Assembly (NCBI GenBank): GCA_010909165.1
Contig: VJWM01000173.1
Coordinates: 186,001-250,000, forward strand
Source: Anthoceros angustus
Lineage: Eukaryota; Plantae; Anthocerotophyta
Direction: 5' to 3'
Length of the DNA stretch: 64,000 bases
The notes below the pieces were generated by a model. The model did not search any database and was not told the origin of the DNA. It was given only the letters and a program-made list of their open reading frames with translations. Position 1 is the first letter of the stretch; every line of letters starts with the position of its first letter. Both the position numbers and the translations under genes were made by a program. Positions 12,780 through 24,657 of the stretch are shown here, in pieces.

Positions 12780-13890
12780 ATGAAGAGAATATAATATCAT
12801 GATAATGAAGAGTCGAAGAGAATGTAGAGTTGAAGAAACAGATAACGCGAAACACAAAAACTTGAACAAAGGGAAAAGAGAATGCAAAGTTGATGGAATA
12901 TCGAAGTCGTCACAGCGCAGGTTGTGTGTGACAACTTTTTTTTTGCCAGTATTCTACACTTAGATGCCTCAAGACATGGATCGGCTGCACATGGCACTAA
13001 CGAAACTCTACAGGGAGTGTAGGAGTAGACGGGAGGCATCACTCGAATACCTCCAACGGTGGACGGAGGCTGAAGCCACACCGTGAACGTGGACAGCGAT
13101 CACTGTGCTCCGAGCTGTTGTGCACCAGGCGTGAGGAACTTGTGGACTAGCTTGGAGGCTCTTCCAGGATTGAGAGACGTGTAGGATGGAGAGAAGTCTT
13201 TTGTGCGCTCCCACCATGAGGTGGAAGCGCAGACCGTGTGGAATTTTCATTTGTGTTGAATTGAGGCATGAGCCCAGTACTGGCTTTGTTTTTGGTCGGA
13301 CATGTGATCTTCCTCCGTGAAATAATCCTCCCAATCACAGCATCATGAAGATGGCTTGGAGCATGCCCGCTCGGGGGGCTTGGATGGCTACTTCAGGCCA
13401 TCTGCCACAAAGGCCTAGTGAAGGTTTGCTGACGACATACTCAAGGCTTGCGCAAGGCCGTTTCCCTGATGTCCCATACTCTATGGCTTAGGTTGAGGCT
13501 CGCGAGGATTGGCCAGATGGGTGCTTGTGAGTATGTGCAAGGGCCTATGTTCCGACAACCCTAAGAAAGAAAACCATGTGTATCGCACGCAAAAAGATTC
13601 TTGACACACCTTCTGACGACATCGGTATTCCATACAATTAGACAAAGCACACACACTTGAACAAAGTGAGAAGAGAAGACAAAGTTGAACAAATAGAACA
13701 TGCAGAGTTGAACAAATGGATAATGTAAAACCCTTGAACAAAGGTAGAAGAGAATGTAGAGTGGAACTAATGGATAACGTGAAACATGCACACGAAACAG
13801 AGGGAGAAGTTAATATAATAGAATAGAATGCCGAGTTGGACAAATGGATAAAGTGAAACACTCACTGTTTAACAAAAGGAGAAGAGAATT
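12780..13890. mobile_element. TE-like segment: purine-rich sub-repeats (ttgaacaaa..gaagagaatgtagagt..gataa.gtgaaaca) flanking a GC-richer decayed insert
   Basis: The same sub-repeat family occurs at 12800-12905 and 13640-13890. The insert at about 12960-13620 has stop-riddled coding-like frames, and an AT-rich tract follows at 13890-14010. Confidence 0.4.
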
Positions 13891-14635
13891 GATAGTCAGT
13901 TAATTATATATTATAAAATAAATATAAAATAATTCATATTAGTTTAAATATTATATTTAAATAATCTCATTATATATAAATTATAATAACGTTTAAACTA
14001 ATAATGAGCACGATGTATGTTGGTCATTATGCTTGCTTGGACAATTTAGAGCACCAAGCTGAAAACATCTTTTGTGGGTGGAATCGGATGCTTAAGCGAT
14101 GGGTGTACATTGGTACAGCCATATGACTGTGTCCACCTACTCTCCTCACGGCGGGAGAGAGAAGAGGGGCCGGGGAGGCGGGCGGGCATCAAGGTTCCAT
14201 GGCAAAGATTGCTAACCTGTTTTGTGTATGGATCCAGTGCGCCATGGTCCATCGTCCTTGCCACGCAGCCCGCGCAGCAGCCCTAACCCGGATACTTTAT
14301 TGCAGCATGTTGGGAGACTTTCCCTTTCCCCGAACGGCAGAACATGGGCACAGCTGGAGGCAGTCCTTCGGGAACTCTCCCGGGTACGTCCCAGCCCCAC
14401 CACCCGCAACATCACAAGGTGGCCTGCGCTGCGTGGCTCCCGCTGTAAAGATTTCGGCATGGCCGGCCCCTCCCTCCCCGCACTGCCGTTGGCTGTTCGA
14501 AGGACGGGGCCAAGCCAAGGACTGTACCAGAGAGGATCACGGGCGGGGCCAGTCAACAAGCCCAGTTGCCTCCTATCTCCCGCAACGTCACCACACAGTG
14601 AGCGCCGGGCTTGTGCGGTGCGAGACCCTTCAGCA

Positions 14636-14756
14636 TGGTGGGCGATTCAATTCGGCTGGCATGTCGGGCGATTCGATCAGGCCAGCATGTGGGGCGATTC
14701 GATCAGGCCAGTACACATGTTGGGCGATTCAATCAGGCCAGTCTGTTGGGCGATTT
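14636..14756 (+). repeat. 26-30-bp imperfect tandem repeat, 5 copies
   Basis: Core gggcgattc(g/a)atcaggccag recurs five times. Confidence 0.8.
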
Positions 14757-15854
14757 GCGTGCGTGAGTTTAGTGCTGATTTGATGGCGTTGGGCTGGAGT
14801 GATGCGGGAATGTACCAGCCGCAGCTTGCAACCGACTGGGAGTTCCGAGGATATCGCAGCGATGGCAGTGGCGGGGAGTGAATGCCTGTCAGGTTCTGAC
14901 AGGCTCATGGGACCTGATCGGAGCGGCGGTGGAGGAATCTGAGTAGGAGAGATGGGAGGAATCTGGGGTGTATAGTATTCTAGAGCCCATCATGCAGGGG
15001 AATCGGGATGCTGCCAAAACCGCAACCCGACTCGCACTCGGACGCGGTGGCGACTCCTACAAGGAAAGTGGACTGTGGGCGCGGCGCTCCCCTTCCCGGG
15101 AATGTTTGCCCCGGACCCGGGCCCCGGGCATGCTAAACTCGGCCCCTCCCGGGCGCCGGGCTTACGTGGCCGGCCACGTACATCTCCTCCTCCGCTTGCA
15201 CGTATGCAGAATCTGAATCTCAGCACACACATAGCGTATCACCTGGAGCGCCTGCTGATCACGAATCACAATTCACGATTCACTTCCTTCCTGCCACCTG
15301 CTACAAACAAACCCTAGACTACCTTTATTGCATATGCTCCAGTCTCGGATCCCGATTCCCTTGTGGAAAACACGAAACAAATGCACAGGCTAAAGCTGCG
15401 CTCTTAACGCACTTTCTTCTCTGCTTGCCCGAGTCGCGAATCGCGACTCAGTTTGCTTGCAAAGTCGGCAAGCCCCGGTATCTAGCACCATTTCAATCAC
15501 TCGCATGCCCGTCTCGGAGCACACAAGTCTGGCGCCTCTTTCCACGCCCAAAAAATCCCATTTGTTATGGCCCTGGGACTCCCGTTTCTCCGTTTCCGCT
15601 AACCTGCATTCATTCACCGCTTCCTATCCTAATAATGCACTCAACTTCAATTCGGCCGCTCCACTCCACGGCGGCCAAAGCCACCGGAGACCCTTGTGAT
15701 GTTCACGACTGACTAAGTTGCACGACCGACTAAGTTGCTCGATAGAAAGTTGGATTTCTCAAGCTTCGTAGTTATTTCACACAAAACCAGAGGCCTGGCC
15801 TTCAGGGAAAAATCAAGGAGTGACATCCAGACATGGGTTCATTGGAACTCTACA

Positions 15855-16010
15855 GTCAATCAAGGGTCCTTGGGATGGATCAGTATTCGAATGGGTGTTA
15901 CCCATCATTACCCATTCCCTAGTTATAAATCATGCCCTGAGGCTCGCCAAGGACGGATCAGTATTCGGATGGGGTGTTACCCATTCCCCAGTTATAAATC
16001 ATGCCCCTGT
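15855..16010 (+). repeat. Two-copy direct repeat of about 60-70 bp
   Basis: ggatcagtattcg.atggg.tgttaccc..attccc.agttataaatcatgccc at about 15876 and 15954. Confidence 0.75.
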
Positions 16011-16953
16011 CTCCGGAGTGGGCGGGGCCAGGCTACTCCCAGTGCGTGCGAGACTTTGATAAAGACAATTCGTATAGGGCCAAACTCCTGCATATATTTA
16101 CAGGTATATATTAATGAAGAATGAAAATAACAAACATATAATGCTCATAATGCCGCGGCCATAACAATGTCCGTGGCAAACTCGTACGGCACACAGTACG
16201 GCCGCCCCGGAGCCGATCCACACCTAGCCCACTCCGAAGCAGCACGCGGGCCGGGGCCGGCAGGGCCGGGCAGGGAAGGGCAGGGAAGGGCACTGGGCAG
16301 GCAAGGCCGGGCAGGGCGGGCAGGGGAAATTTTTTTGGTTTGTCCCCCGGGCTGCCCGCCAGCGCATCTGGCACGGCTGCCTGCCCGGGCACCATATGCT
16401 CACCATGTCATCACATTCCGTGGAGTTGCGAGCTTCAAGAAATGCAAATTCCTAACTTTTCAACTACTTAAGCCATGTTAAGCCCTGCAGCATAGCAAGC
16501 GTTGGGCTCAAGGGAAATCTTTAATTCCGGATCCTTGGTAATATGTGGCGACTTGACGACGCATTTGTGCTGAATTATGCTCCTAATATCCGCTTATTGT
16601 CTTGCTCAGTCAAATGGATATCACATACGCGTGTCCGCTTCGGCTTGTCTTCCCCATCGGAAGAATATTGCAATCACGCGGCTTGGCTGGTACAGCGGGC
16701 TGGGTACATGTTGCGTGTGACCAAATTCACACGGTCTTCCATAAAGGAAGTGAAATCTTTGACTGGTTTAGCATACTCCCACCTCGTATTAAACTTAATG
16801 TCCGGTCTTCTCCTCGGAATCGTGATGAGGCTCAGCCCTCGTCACCCAAAAACCCACCATTGAACTTGCCCCACATCGCATGCTCCGTTCGTAGTCTTCG
16901 ATGAGGTTAGCCCATGCAGTCTAATGCAAAAAACACAAAAAAGTTGCGAAAAC

Positions 16954-16989
16954 CACAACCCACAACCCACAACCCACAACCCACAACCC
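16954..16989 (+). repeat. Heptamer microsatellite (CCACAAC)n
   Basis: Five consecutive units. Confidence 0.9.
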
Positions 16990-18343
16990 AAAATGCCATA
17001 TGCAAAAGTCTTTGTGCGTTCCAAGCCCTGCATTGTTATGTGCACAGCCCCAAATTGTCGAGGCGAGCGTCGCGTTTGATCGGGAATCAGTCGGCAATGA
17101 CCGTGCCGGATTTGGATGTGCCCTAATTTAACAAGCTGGAAATATCTGGGTTCATTTCGGGAAGGGCGACGTATGCAGTACATACAGTATGTAGGTGGGT
17201 AGCAGAGGAAACTTGCGCTTCAGGGCGACGGGATGCTGTGCACGTGGGGAGGTGATGCCGCCAAAGCGCAAGCGGTTGCGGAGGTGGGGGCTTTTGTGGA
17301 GCGCGAAATCCTACGTTTGCTGATTTGATATCCCCAAGATTGATGGGCTTTGCTTTTGCCTCCTCCAAATGTGTGGAGCTGCCTTTTCCTTCCTATGTGA
17401 GTCCATGCATCCTACTTCACACAACTCGAACTCTCCTGGTACGTACACACGACGTATGCATACGGCAAGTGTATTCCCACACGCAGCAGGTACTGTACAT
17501 AATGCCATGCTTCTCCAAACGAGAAACGGTTACCACAATCCAATCCCTGGAATCACCCACATCGCTTCGCAAACCACTTCCCCGAATTGGTTTTCTGCCT
17601 GTGTATGTATGTATGTACATGCACTAGCTCCATTTGGCGGGTCGGCCTCATCCTTGCTTGAATAATTCAAAGCTGGCTTCCACTAAGCAGGCGGCGGGGG
17701 GAAACTCATTCGAAACTGGTGCCCACTAAGGAAGCAAAGGAGGAAATGGGTGATGACATCGTAATGCCGTCGTGGGCTCGGAGCGGTGGAGTTGTCGATT
17801 GATATGGCGAGAGTCGCACTCGAGAGGCATGTGTCGGCCGCTGGGACGGCCATGTGCCTTCTTTGAGTGCCCACCCAACTACTTCTCCTTCTTCCCTCAT
17901 CTTTTGTGACGGAGATGGGCGAGGTGGACATATACTGCCCCATCCGGGACGCATGTGTGGAGATGGGCATCGGCATGGGGACGCCTCGGGATGTGTGCAC
18001 ATACTGTAGTATATGCAGCCCGCGGGCAACGTTGCATGATGTTGTCGTCCAGCCCAGCCCAGGCCAGTCCAGGCCCGGCCCGGCCCGGCGCTTGGGCGTG
18101 CCAAAGTGGTGTCTCCGCGCAGGGCAACTGCAGTGGCGCTGACAGGCCCAGCGCAGTGCTCTGGGCCATTCTTTGTCCATTAATTTATAAATTCCCCCAA
18201 GCCGGCCCCAGGCCGGGGCCGGGGCCGGGGCCGGGGGCCGGGGCTGAATCAACCCAAACGGGTGGATGCCCGGGCCCGGGCAGGCGCTGCCCGCCGAAAT
18301 GGAACTTGCGCTGAAACAGCAAAGTGCGCGAGCGGGGCGGGGG

Positions 18344-18374
<31 letters not shown>

Positions 18375-19267
18375 GGGCAGCCCGAGGTGGCCCTGCCCGG
18401 CTGCCCGTTGGGGCAGTCAACAAAGGCCCTGCCTGCACCGCGTTATATCTAGCTCTGCTGGCCTCCTCTCCCCTTCCCTTCGGCCTGCATCTGCCCGTCC
18501 TCCTCTTGCGTGCGTGCCTCCCCGGCCCGCCCCTCGCTCTCCCCGCGGGCCACTCTGCCATCGCCCGCGAGGGAGCGTCGAAGGAGCCTCGCCAAGGTGT
18601 GCGGCCGTGTCGGGGGCGTGTCTGCGGTTTCCGCCGCTCGTGCCTCCACCGCCTCGTCCTCCTCTTCCTCCTCCGCCACCGCCGCTCGCCGGCGAGCCGG
18701 TCTTAAGGCCCCGAGCCCGCGCAGCGCCTTCTCGCTCGCGTGCCTGCGGTTTCCTTCCGCTGCTGCTGCGTCTGGTGGCGTGTGGTGGAAGGGAGTGGGG
18801 AGGGGAAGAGGAGGAGATATCTGATCCAGCCGGAGCCAGATCTGATCTGCCTTCTGGCTGTGCGGATTGGCGGCTGGCGGATCTGCGGCCGAGGGTGCTC
18901 GGCGCTGCCGGCGGGTGATGCCGGTGCGGGCTGGTGGCCGAGGCCTGAATTCTGCTCGTCTTGATAAGAAGTGCTGAGAGAGCGGAAGGGGAGGAGGTGA
19001 GGTGAGGAGAGGAAGAGGCCCTGAACGGGGGGGGCTGCGGCGCATGCATGCAGCGGCGCCGGTGACGGAGGTTGCGGTGCAGAGTCCGTGAGGGTTTCTT
19101 GCAAGAAGCCGGGGTTTGTGCACGCAACGCAACTGTTCGGGCATCTGCCGCGGTTTTCTAACATCTGTTCAAGTTTTCAGGGGAGCCGCATCGGGGAAGG
19201 AGGAGGTGTCGGTGTGGTCGTCTTGGTTGCTTGCACTTGGGCCAGTTCGTATCCGGAGCGGAGGACC

Positions 19268-19810
19268 ATGGCTCAGGAGAGTTGGAAGCGTGACCAGGAA
19301 GAGACAGGTTGCCAGCCTCCGGAAGGGCCTGTGTTGTGCGCCAACAACTGCGGCTTCTTTGGGAGCACCTCGACTATGAATTTCTGCTCCAAGTGCTACA
19401 AAAACCACATATTGAAGCACAAGGCTCCTCCTCCCAAGGTTACCGTGGTGGAGAAGAGCGTGGTTGGCACGACGCACGGCGACCTCCTCATAGCGAGGGC
19501 AGATCAGGCGGAGCGACAGTTGCAACCAGAGGTGCCGGTGGTGGTGCCAGTTGCCAGCGCGTCCGTGGATGGAGCCGGCTCCTCTGTGGCCGGGCCTTCC
19601 CAACCTCAACAGCCCCAGCCTAACCGTTGCTTCTCGTGCAAGAAGCGGGTGGGTCTGACAGGCTTCAAGTGCCGCTGCGGCAACACCTTCTGCTCGTTGC
19701 ATCGGTACTCCGACAAGCACAGTTGCTCTTTTGATTACAAGACTGCAGGCCGAGATGCCATAGCCAAGGCGAACCCCGTGGTGAAGGCCGACAAGATTGA
19801 CAAGATTTGA
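19268..19810 (+). CDS. A20/AN1 zinc-finger stress-associated protein (SAP family), intronless CDS, 180 aa
   Basis: A20 finger LCANNCGFFGSTSTMNFCSKCY and AN1 finger NRCFSCKKRVGLTGFKCRCGNTFCSLHRYSDKHSCSFDYK. ATG at 19268; the ORF track extends upstream from a GTG. A probable 5'UTR intron ends at tttcag near 19180. Confidence 0.97.
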   Translation: MAQESWKRDQEETGCQPPEGPVLCANNCGFFGSTSTMNFCSKCYKNHILKHKAPPPKVTVVEKSVVGTTHGDLLIARADQAERQLQPEVPVVVPVASASVDGAGSSVAGPSQPQQPQPNRCFSCKKRVGLTGFKCRCGNTFCSLHRYSDKHSCSFDYKTAGRDAIAKANPVVKADKIDKI

Positions 19811-22320
19811 CCTCGCCGTCTGATAGCTTCTGTAACTTTTCTATAGGTAGGCTTAGTACTTCACGAGATGAAGCTGCTGTTGGAGGTGAGGCGACTTTAA
19901 AATTTTAAGGGGACCAATTCATTAGGTTTGTTAGATGCTATTCCTGGTTCCTTTTAAAGCACACAAGATGGGAAACTCATGCTAGTTTTTCTTTGCTTCT
20001 TACAATGATCCTGCATCGTGACGTAGATTGAAAGTTGTGATGTGTAAGTATCCGTAATCCACGATTTTTTGGTGGGCCTTGTACAGCACTTATGACCCCG
20101 TTTATGAGATCAATATCTCTTCTCAGGGACTTTTCAGAACTTTTGTGTGGACTACATCTTGCCTCCTCCTCCGTCTACTGCTGCCTACTATGCTACACTG
20201 AGCCCGTTGTTGCATCACCACCAGATTGCAGCAGTGAGATAACGTGCAACATTTTGTTCAATGTCTGAAAGTTTTTGCAATTGTGTTTCAGCAGGTAGTG
20301 AGTCAGAAAGGAGTACCTGTGAGTCCTTGACATGGTCTCACCCACGTGCCATTATCACTCTGTGCACATGGGATGAGCCGTCTGAACGAAGTGTGCGTTT
20401 GGTGTGTGGCTTTTTGCTGTATCAGGTGGCTGGGGGAGGTGGATGGTGGCACACATGTTGACATGCATATGTTCCTTAATTGTGTGAGGCTGAGTGCTTA
20501 GGAGGTGGGGTTTGTCTCTCTGTGTTTGCTTGTGCATCAAGGAGATGCCGTATGCTCAGAAGTCACGGGGATTATATGTGGCTCCTGCTGCTCCTCTGCC
20601 ATGATTGGGACTGCGAAACAGGGAAGGAGTTTACACTCGCACCTCCTCTTTGCATGCGTCTAGGGAAGGGAGAGCGTGTGCTGTCAGGCAACGTGTTGCC
20701 TTGGCCTAGAAGCTAGCTCGGAGCTCTCTCCTTAAGGGTGCGTCGTGGAAGCTAGAAATGTTGTGCGGTTGCAGGTCTCCCTCGTTGAACTGATTACGAA
20801 ATTTGGCGCTCTGCTTCATCAGTCGTGATGTAATAAGGTGGGTAATCAGGTCACGTAAGGGCCGAGCCGGGCCGGCCCTTTTTTGGGCACTGTGCTGCCC
20901 GTTCGGTGACATAAACATTTCCCAATCCAGTCCAGCAACACCCGCCAGTTCCGCATTGTCAGTCCAGTCCAGTGGCCAGTGGTCAGACAGTCACGACTCA
21001 TGACACTACATACATCCAACCGAACTGTCCGCGGCGTGTGTTAACTTACAGCCTTGATGATGGCATTGGCATGGCATCGGTCCCCGGGTTTCCGGTACTG
21101 TACAAACCCAAACAAAGCCCAGGCAGTGAGTGGCATCCCAGGCGAGCAGGCGGGAGCGGTATGTACATATGCGGGAGGGGGGCCAGGGCTTTGTACTGTA
21201 CGCCAGGGCCAGCCAATGAGCAGCGCCGAACACTGCCTTTCCTTTTCCGCAAAAGACAGCCACCGACTGGCCCGCCTGCCATGGCACCGTTCACCCGCCG
21301 TGCAAGCCTCCCAATCCCGCAGAAGCAGCTGCTACTCGCTTTCACAGCCTCCATTAAGGCCGCCCTTGGGATCCTCGAGTTTAGCGAGGACGTCGGCCCG
21401 CAAAGTCATGCACTATCTACTTCCAGTCACTCCGCCCCATCCGAACACTATATCGCACCTTACACCTCCGGCTCGCACCACCTTCCTTAGCCCTTGGCGT
21501 TTGCCCTTGCCCTTGCCTTTGCCTGAGTTATGTAAAATCAGCAGCACCTTTGCTTTGTCTCGGACCGCCCAGTCGCCTCCTACCGCGTCACGCCTCCGTC
21601 TGTAAAGTGGCACACCCCCTGACACTTTCTAAATTCAGACCAATCGCCAGCTTCACCGTTTCAGCTTTGTGCCCCTACCCTATAGGCCCTGGCTTCCTTT
21701 GCTTTGCTCTGCTGCTGAATGCTGATGCGGATGTCTTGTCGCCAGAGATTATTGTTGCCAATGCTATTGTAACAAGATTTGGATTTCATCTGTATCTCAA
21801 ACAAGATTTGCAGTTACAGTAAGTATAATGTGAATGTCAACAAAATTTGTGGTTACAGTGTGTCGTAACTCGCAACAGACTGCATGTTTTATCTCGCTCT
21901 AGACAGTGCATAAATTATAGACTCTGTCTGCTATGTACACCACTTTTACAAACAAGGTACCTAATACAAAAAGCTCGCTCGAAAACTGTATCCCTACAGA
22001 CGTATAAGGCACGCTGCAACACTAGAAAAATTCCTCCTCCCTTCCTTGAAAGGGTGGAACACATGGACGTCGTGCTGCACAAGAACCTCAAGAAATGCGG
22101 GAGATTTTGACTCAACGGCAGGAATTCTACACAGACAGGCAGGCAAGCAAGTACAGAAAAGGAAGCATTGGAGCAGCAACCAAGTATGTAGTAGTCGTCA
22201 TGTAGATGCTCCGACTGCAGCATGGCGTGGAGGTGAGAGCATCCGAGGGGGCAGCAGCAGCAGCAGCGACATACCGGGCGACGCAGGTTGTCACCAGAGA
22301 GGGTTACCGGCATGTGCATT

Positions 22321-24657
22321 TCAGTGCTTGATGATGAGCTCGCAGCCATGACGGGTGAGGCGGGCCCGCTCCCCCTCCGTGGTGACGCTGGAAGGCAAAA
22401 CCAGCTTCCGAAGGGAAGGGCGGCAGAACACCATCCAAGCCAGGGCGCAGTTGCTGATGGCAATGCAGTCCTTGAGGTTGAGCTGCTTGAGGAGCTTGCA
22501 GTCCTCCATGACGGACTTGAGCCCGCCGTCCGACACCTTGTTGCAGCCCTCGAGGCCGAGGTAAGCGAGGCTATGGCTATGGCGGCTCACAGCCACCAGG
22601 CCGGCGTCCGTGAACCCCGACCCCTCCAACTCCAGATGCTCCAGCTGCCGGAACCCCGCCTGGGCCACAATCCCGGCGTTGCTCTCGTACAGAGACGCGG
22701 CCCCGGTGTTGTCCATCTTCTTCCCCAGGCACGGCGGCAGCCCCCGGCTATGCCCCCCGCTGCTGTGCATCCCGCAGCCCCTCCCGACCATGGCCAGGAT
22801 CCCGGCGTTCACGTTCCCGTTCCCGCCGCCGATCCCGTTGAGCCGCACCCCGTTCCCGTCCTCTATCTTCCCCAAACACAAGAGCCTGCCCTGGTTCTCC
22901 GACATGGTGCACCGGTTCTCGATGATCATCCCCGCGTTCTCCAGCACGCCCTCCAGGCTGTGCACGTTCTTGCACCCGCGGAGGTAGAGGTGCGTGAGCC
23001 CGGGGCAGCCGCGCCCCACCATGGCCAGCCCGGTCCCCGTCACCGACAGGCAGTTGCTCAGATTCAGGCTCTCCAGCTCCGGAAACAGCCGTGCGATGCA
23101 GTGCAGGATCTTGTCCCCCACGGCCCGGTTCCACGCCAAGCCCAGATGCTTCACCCGGCATGCCAGCGTCATGTCCGTCATCTCCGTCCCCCAGCCAACC
23201 GCCGTCGCCTCCATCTCCAGCGTCTCCAGGTGCGGGCAGTGCTTCAACACCGCCACCAGCGTCGTGTCGGAGAGCATGGAACAATTGTTGAGCCGCAGAA
23301 ACTCCAGCTCCGGGAAGCTCCGGGCCAGCTCCGCCGTGTCCGCGTCCCGCAGAAAATGCGCGCCCTCGAGGTCCAGGTGGCGCAGCCGAGGGCAGCCCCT
23401 CGCCACATGCAGCAGCCCCGCCCGAGTCAGGCCCTTGCAGTGCGCCAACACCAGCTTCCGCAGCGGGGAGCTCCAAGACGCCCCGGCCACGCCGATGCCC
23501 ATGCCGAGCGGGTCGTGAAGAAGCGCCGGCCACTGTTGAGACGACAGCGACATGACATCGCTCCCGGCCGGGCTCTGCGGCATGGAGTCGTCGAGCTGCG
23601 AATCGCCGTCGGTATCGGCATCATGGAGGGACGAGGCGGGTGCGGGTGATGATGCCCGAGGCGATGATGAAGGGTAGTGCGCCGCTTCGAACCAGGGAGC
23701 CCCCGGGGGCAGGCCGGGCTCCGCGAGCTGCTCCAGCACCTCGTCCGTGAGGTGCATGTGGCAGAGGTTGAGGGACAGGAGCCGCTTGCTGGCGCTGCTG
23801 AGAACCCCCTCGATCCCGGCTGCCGTCACCCGGCGACCGTTCACGGCGAGCGTGGTGAGCCGGTCGCAGTGCACGGCCAGCAGGTGCAGCCCGCGGTCGG
23901 TGACGAAGGGGCAGTCGAACACCGTGAGCTCCTCCAGCGACCGGCACCGCATCGCCAGCGACTCCAGGGCGGCGTCCGACAGCAGGCAGTGGCCCGAGAG
24001 GTTGAGCGAGCGCAGGCGATGGAGTCGGGCGGCCATGGCGTGCACGCCGGCGTCAGAGACGAGGGCCGGGAACGCGGCGGGGTCGGGCGGGATCGTCTGA
24101 GACGCAATTCGCACGCCGTGCTGCGGGTTGGAGATGTCCAGCGTCTCCAGCGCCGGGAACGCCTCGGCCACGAGAGCCAGATCCGCGTCGTCCCAGGCCT
24201 GGAAGCGGGAGCAGTTGAGGTCGCGGAGGTGAGGGCATCGCCGGCCGAGCGCGTGGATGGCGTCCGCGGGAAGCTGCTGCTGGCCCTGCAGATTGAGCGA
24301 CCGGAGCGGAAGCCCGGCCTGCGCAATCGCCTCCAGCGGCCGCGCCAGGGAGCCGTGGTAGCGGGACAGATCCACCTCCGTCACCCCGGTGAAGCGCGCC
24401 AGGATGCGCGGAAGGCCCCCCGGCAGCCCCGCGCACGCGGAACTCAGCGCGACGAACGGCCGGCTCCGGTTCGAGATGTAGAGGAAGCGCCTGCACGTCA
24501 TCGACACCGCCTGCCAGCACGAGCTCGACTGCCCCAGGTGCTGGAACACCAGCTCCCAGCATTCGTCCGGTAGGTCCAATTCCGCCTCCTCCTGCATCTC
24601 CGTCAAGTTTCCCCCTCCTCTTCCGGTTACCGTCGTGTCCACCGCCTTCTCCGCCAT
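22321..24657 (-). CDS. F-box/LRR (RNI-like) protein, single exon, about 778 aa
   Basis: F-box LDLPDECWELVFQHL..WQAVSMTCRRFLYISNR is followed by many AMN1/RNI-type LRRs (LRSLNLSGHCLLSDAALESLAMRCRSLEEL..). ATG at 24657. Confidence 0.95.
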   Translation of the reverse strand: MAEKAVDTTVTGRGGGNLTEMQEEAELDLPDECWELVFQHLGQSSSCWQAVSMTCRRFLYISNRSRPFVALSSACAGLPGGLPRILARFTGVTEVDLSRYHGSLARPLEAIAQAGLPLRSLNLQGQQQLPADAIHALGRRCPHLRDLNCSRFQAWDDADLALVAEAFPALETLDISNPQHGVRIASQTIPPDPAAFPALVSDAGVHAMAARLHRLRSLNLSGHCLLSDAALESLAMRCRSLEELTVFDCPFVTDRGLHLLAVHCDRLTTLAVNGRRVTAAGIEGVLSSASKRLLSLNLCHMHLTDEVLEQLAEPGLPPGAPWFEAAHYPSSSPRASSPAPASSLHDADTDGDSQLDDSMPQSPAGSDVMSLSSQQWPALLHDPLGMGIGVAGASWSSPLRKLVLAHCKGLTRAGLLHVARGCPRLRHLDLEGAHFLRDADTAELARSFPELEFLRLNNCSMLSDTTLVAVLKHCPHLETLEMEATAVGWGTEMTDMTLACRVKHLGLAWNRAVGDKILHCIARLFPELESLNLSNCLSVTGTGLAMVGRGCPGLTHLYLRGCKNVHSLEGVLENAGMIIENRCTMSENQGRLLCLGKIEDGNGVRLNGIGGGNGNVNAGILAMVGRGCGMHSSGGHSRGLPPCLGKKMDNTGAASLYESNAGIVAQAGFRQLEHLELEGSGFTDAGLVAVSRHSHSLAYLGLEGCNKVSDGGLKSVMEDCKLLKQLNLKDCIAISNCALAWMVFCRPSLRKLVLPSSVTTEGERARLTRHGCELIIKH

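Noticed and set aside
16868-16880. CCCACATCG resembling the plant snRNA upstream sequence element (also near 17555)
   Set aside because: No correctly spaced TATA box and no recognisable snRNA downstream.
16500-16920. Coding-like minus-strand frame (FNTRWEYAKPVKDFTSFMEDRV..)
   Set aside because: It is short and interrupted by stops, and I recognise no family, so it cannot be supported as a feature.
17683-19164. Cluster of 130-290-aa ORFs on both strands upstream of the SAP gene
   Set aside because: Low-complexity Arg/Pro/Gly/Ala translations of a very GC-rich promoter and 5' leader that are open in most frames.
22288-23649. 453-aa plus-strand ORF and other long ORFs overlapping the F-box gene
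   Set aside because: These are antisense shadows of a GC-rich coding sequence with strong GC3 bias and show no recognisable domains.
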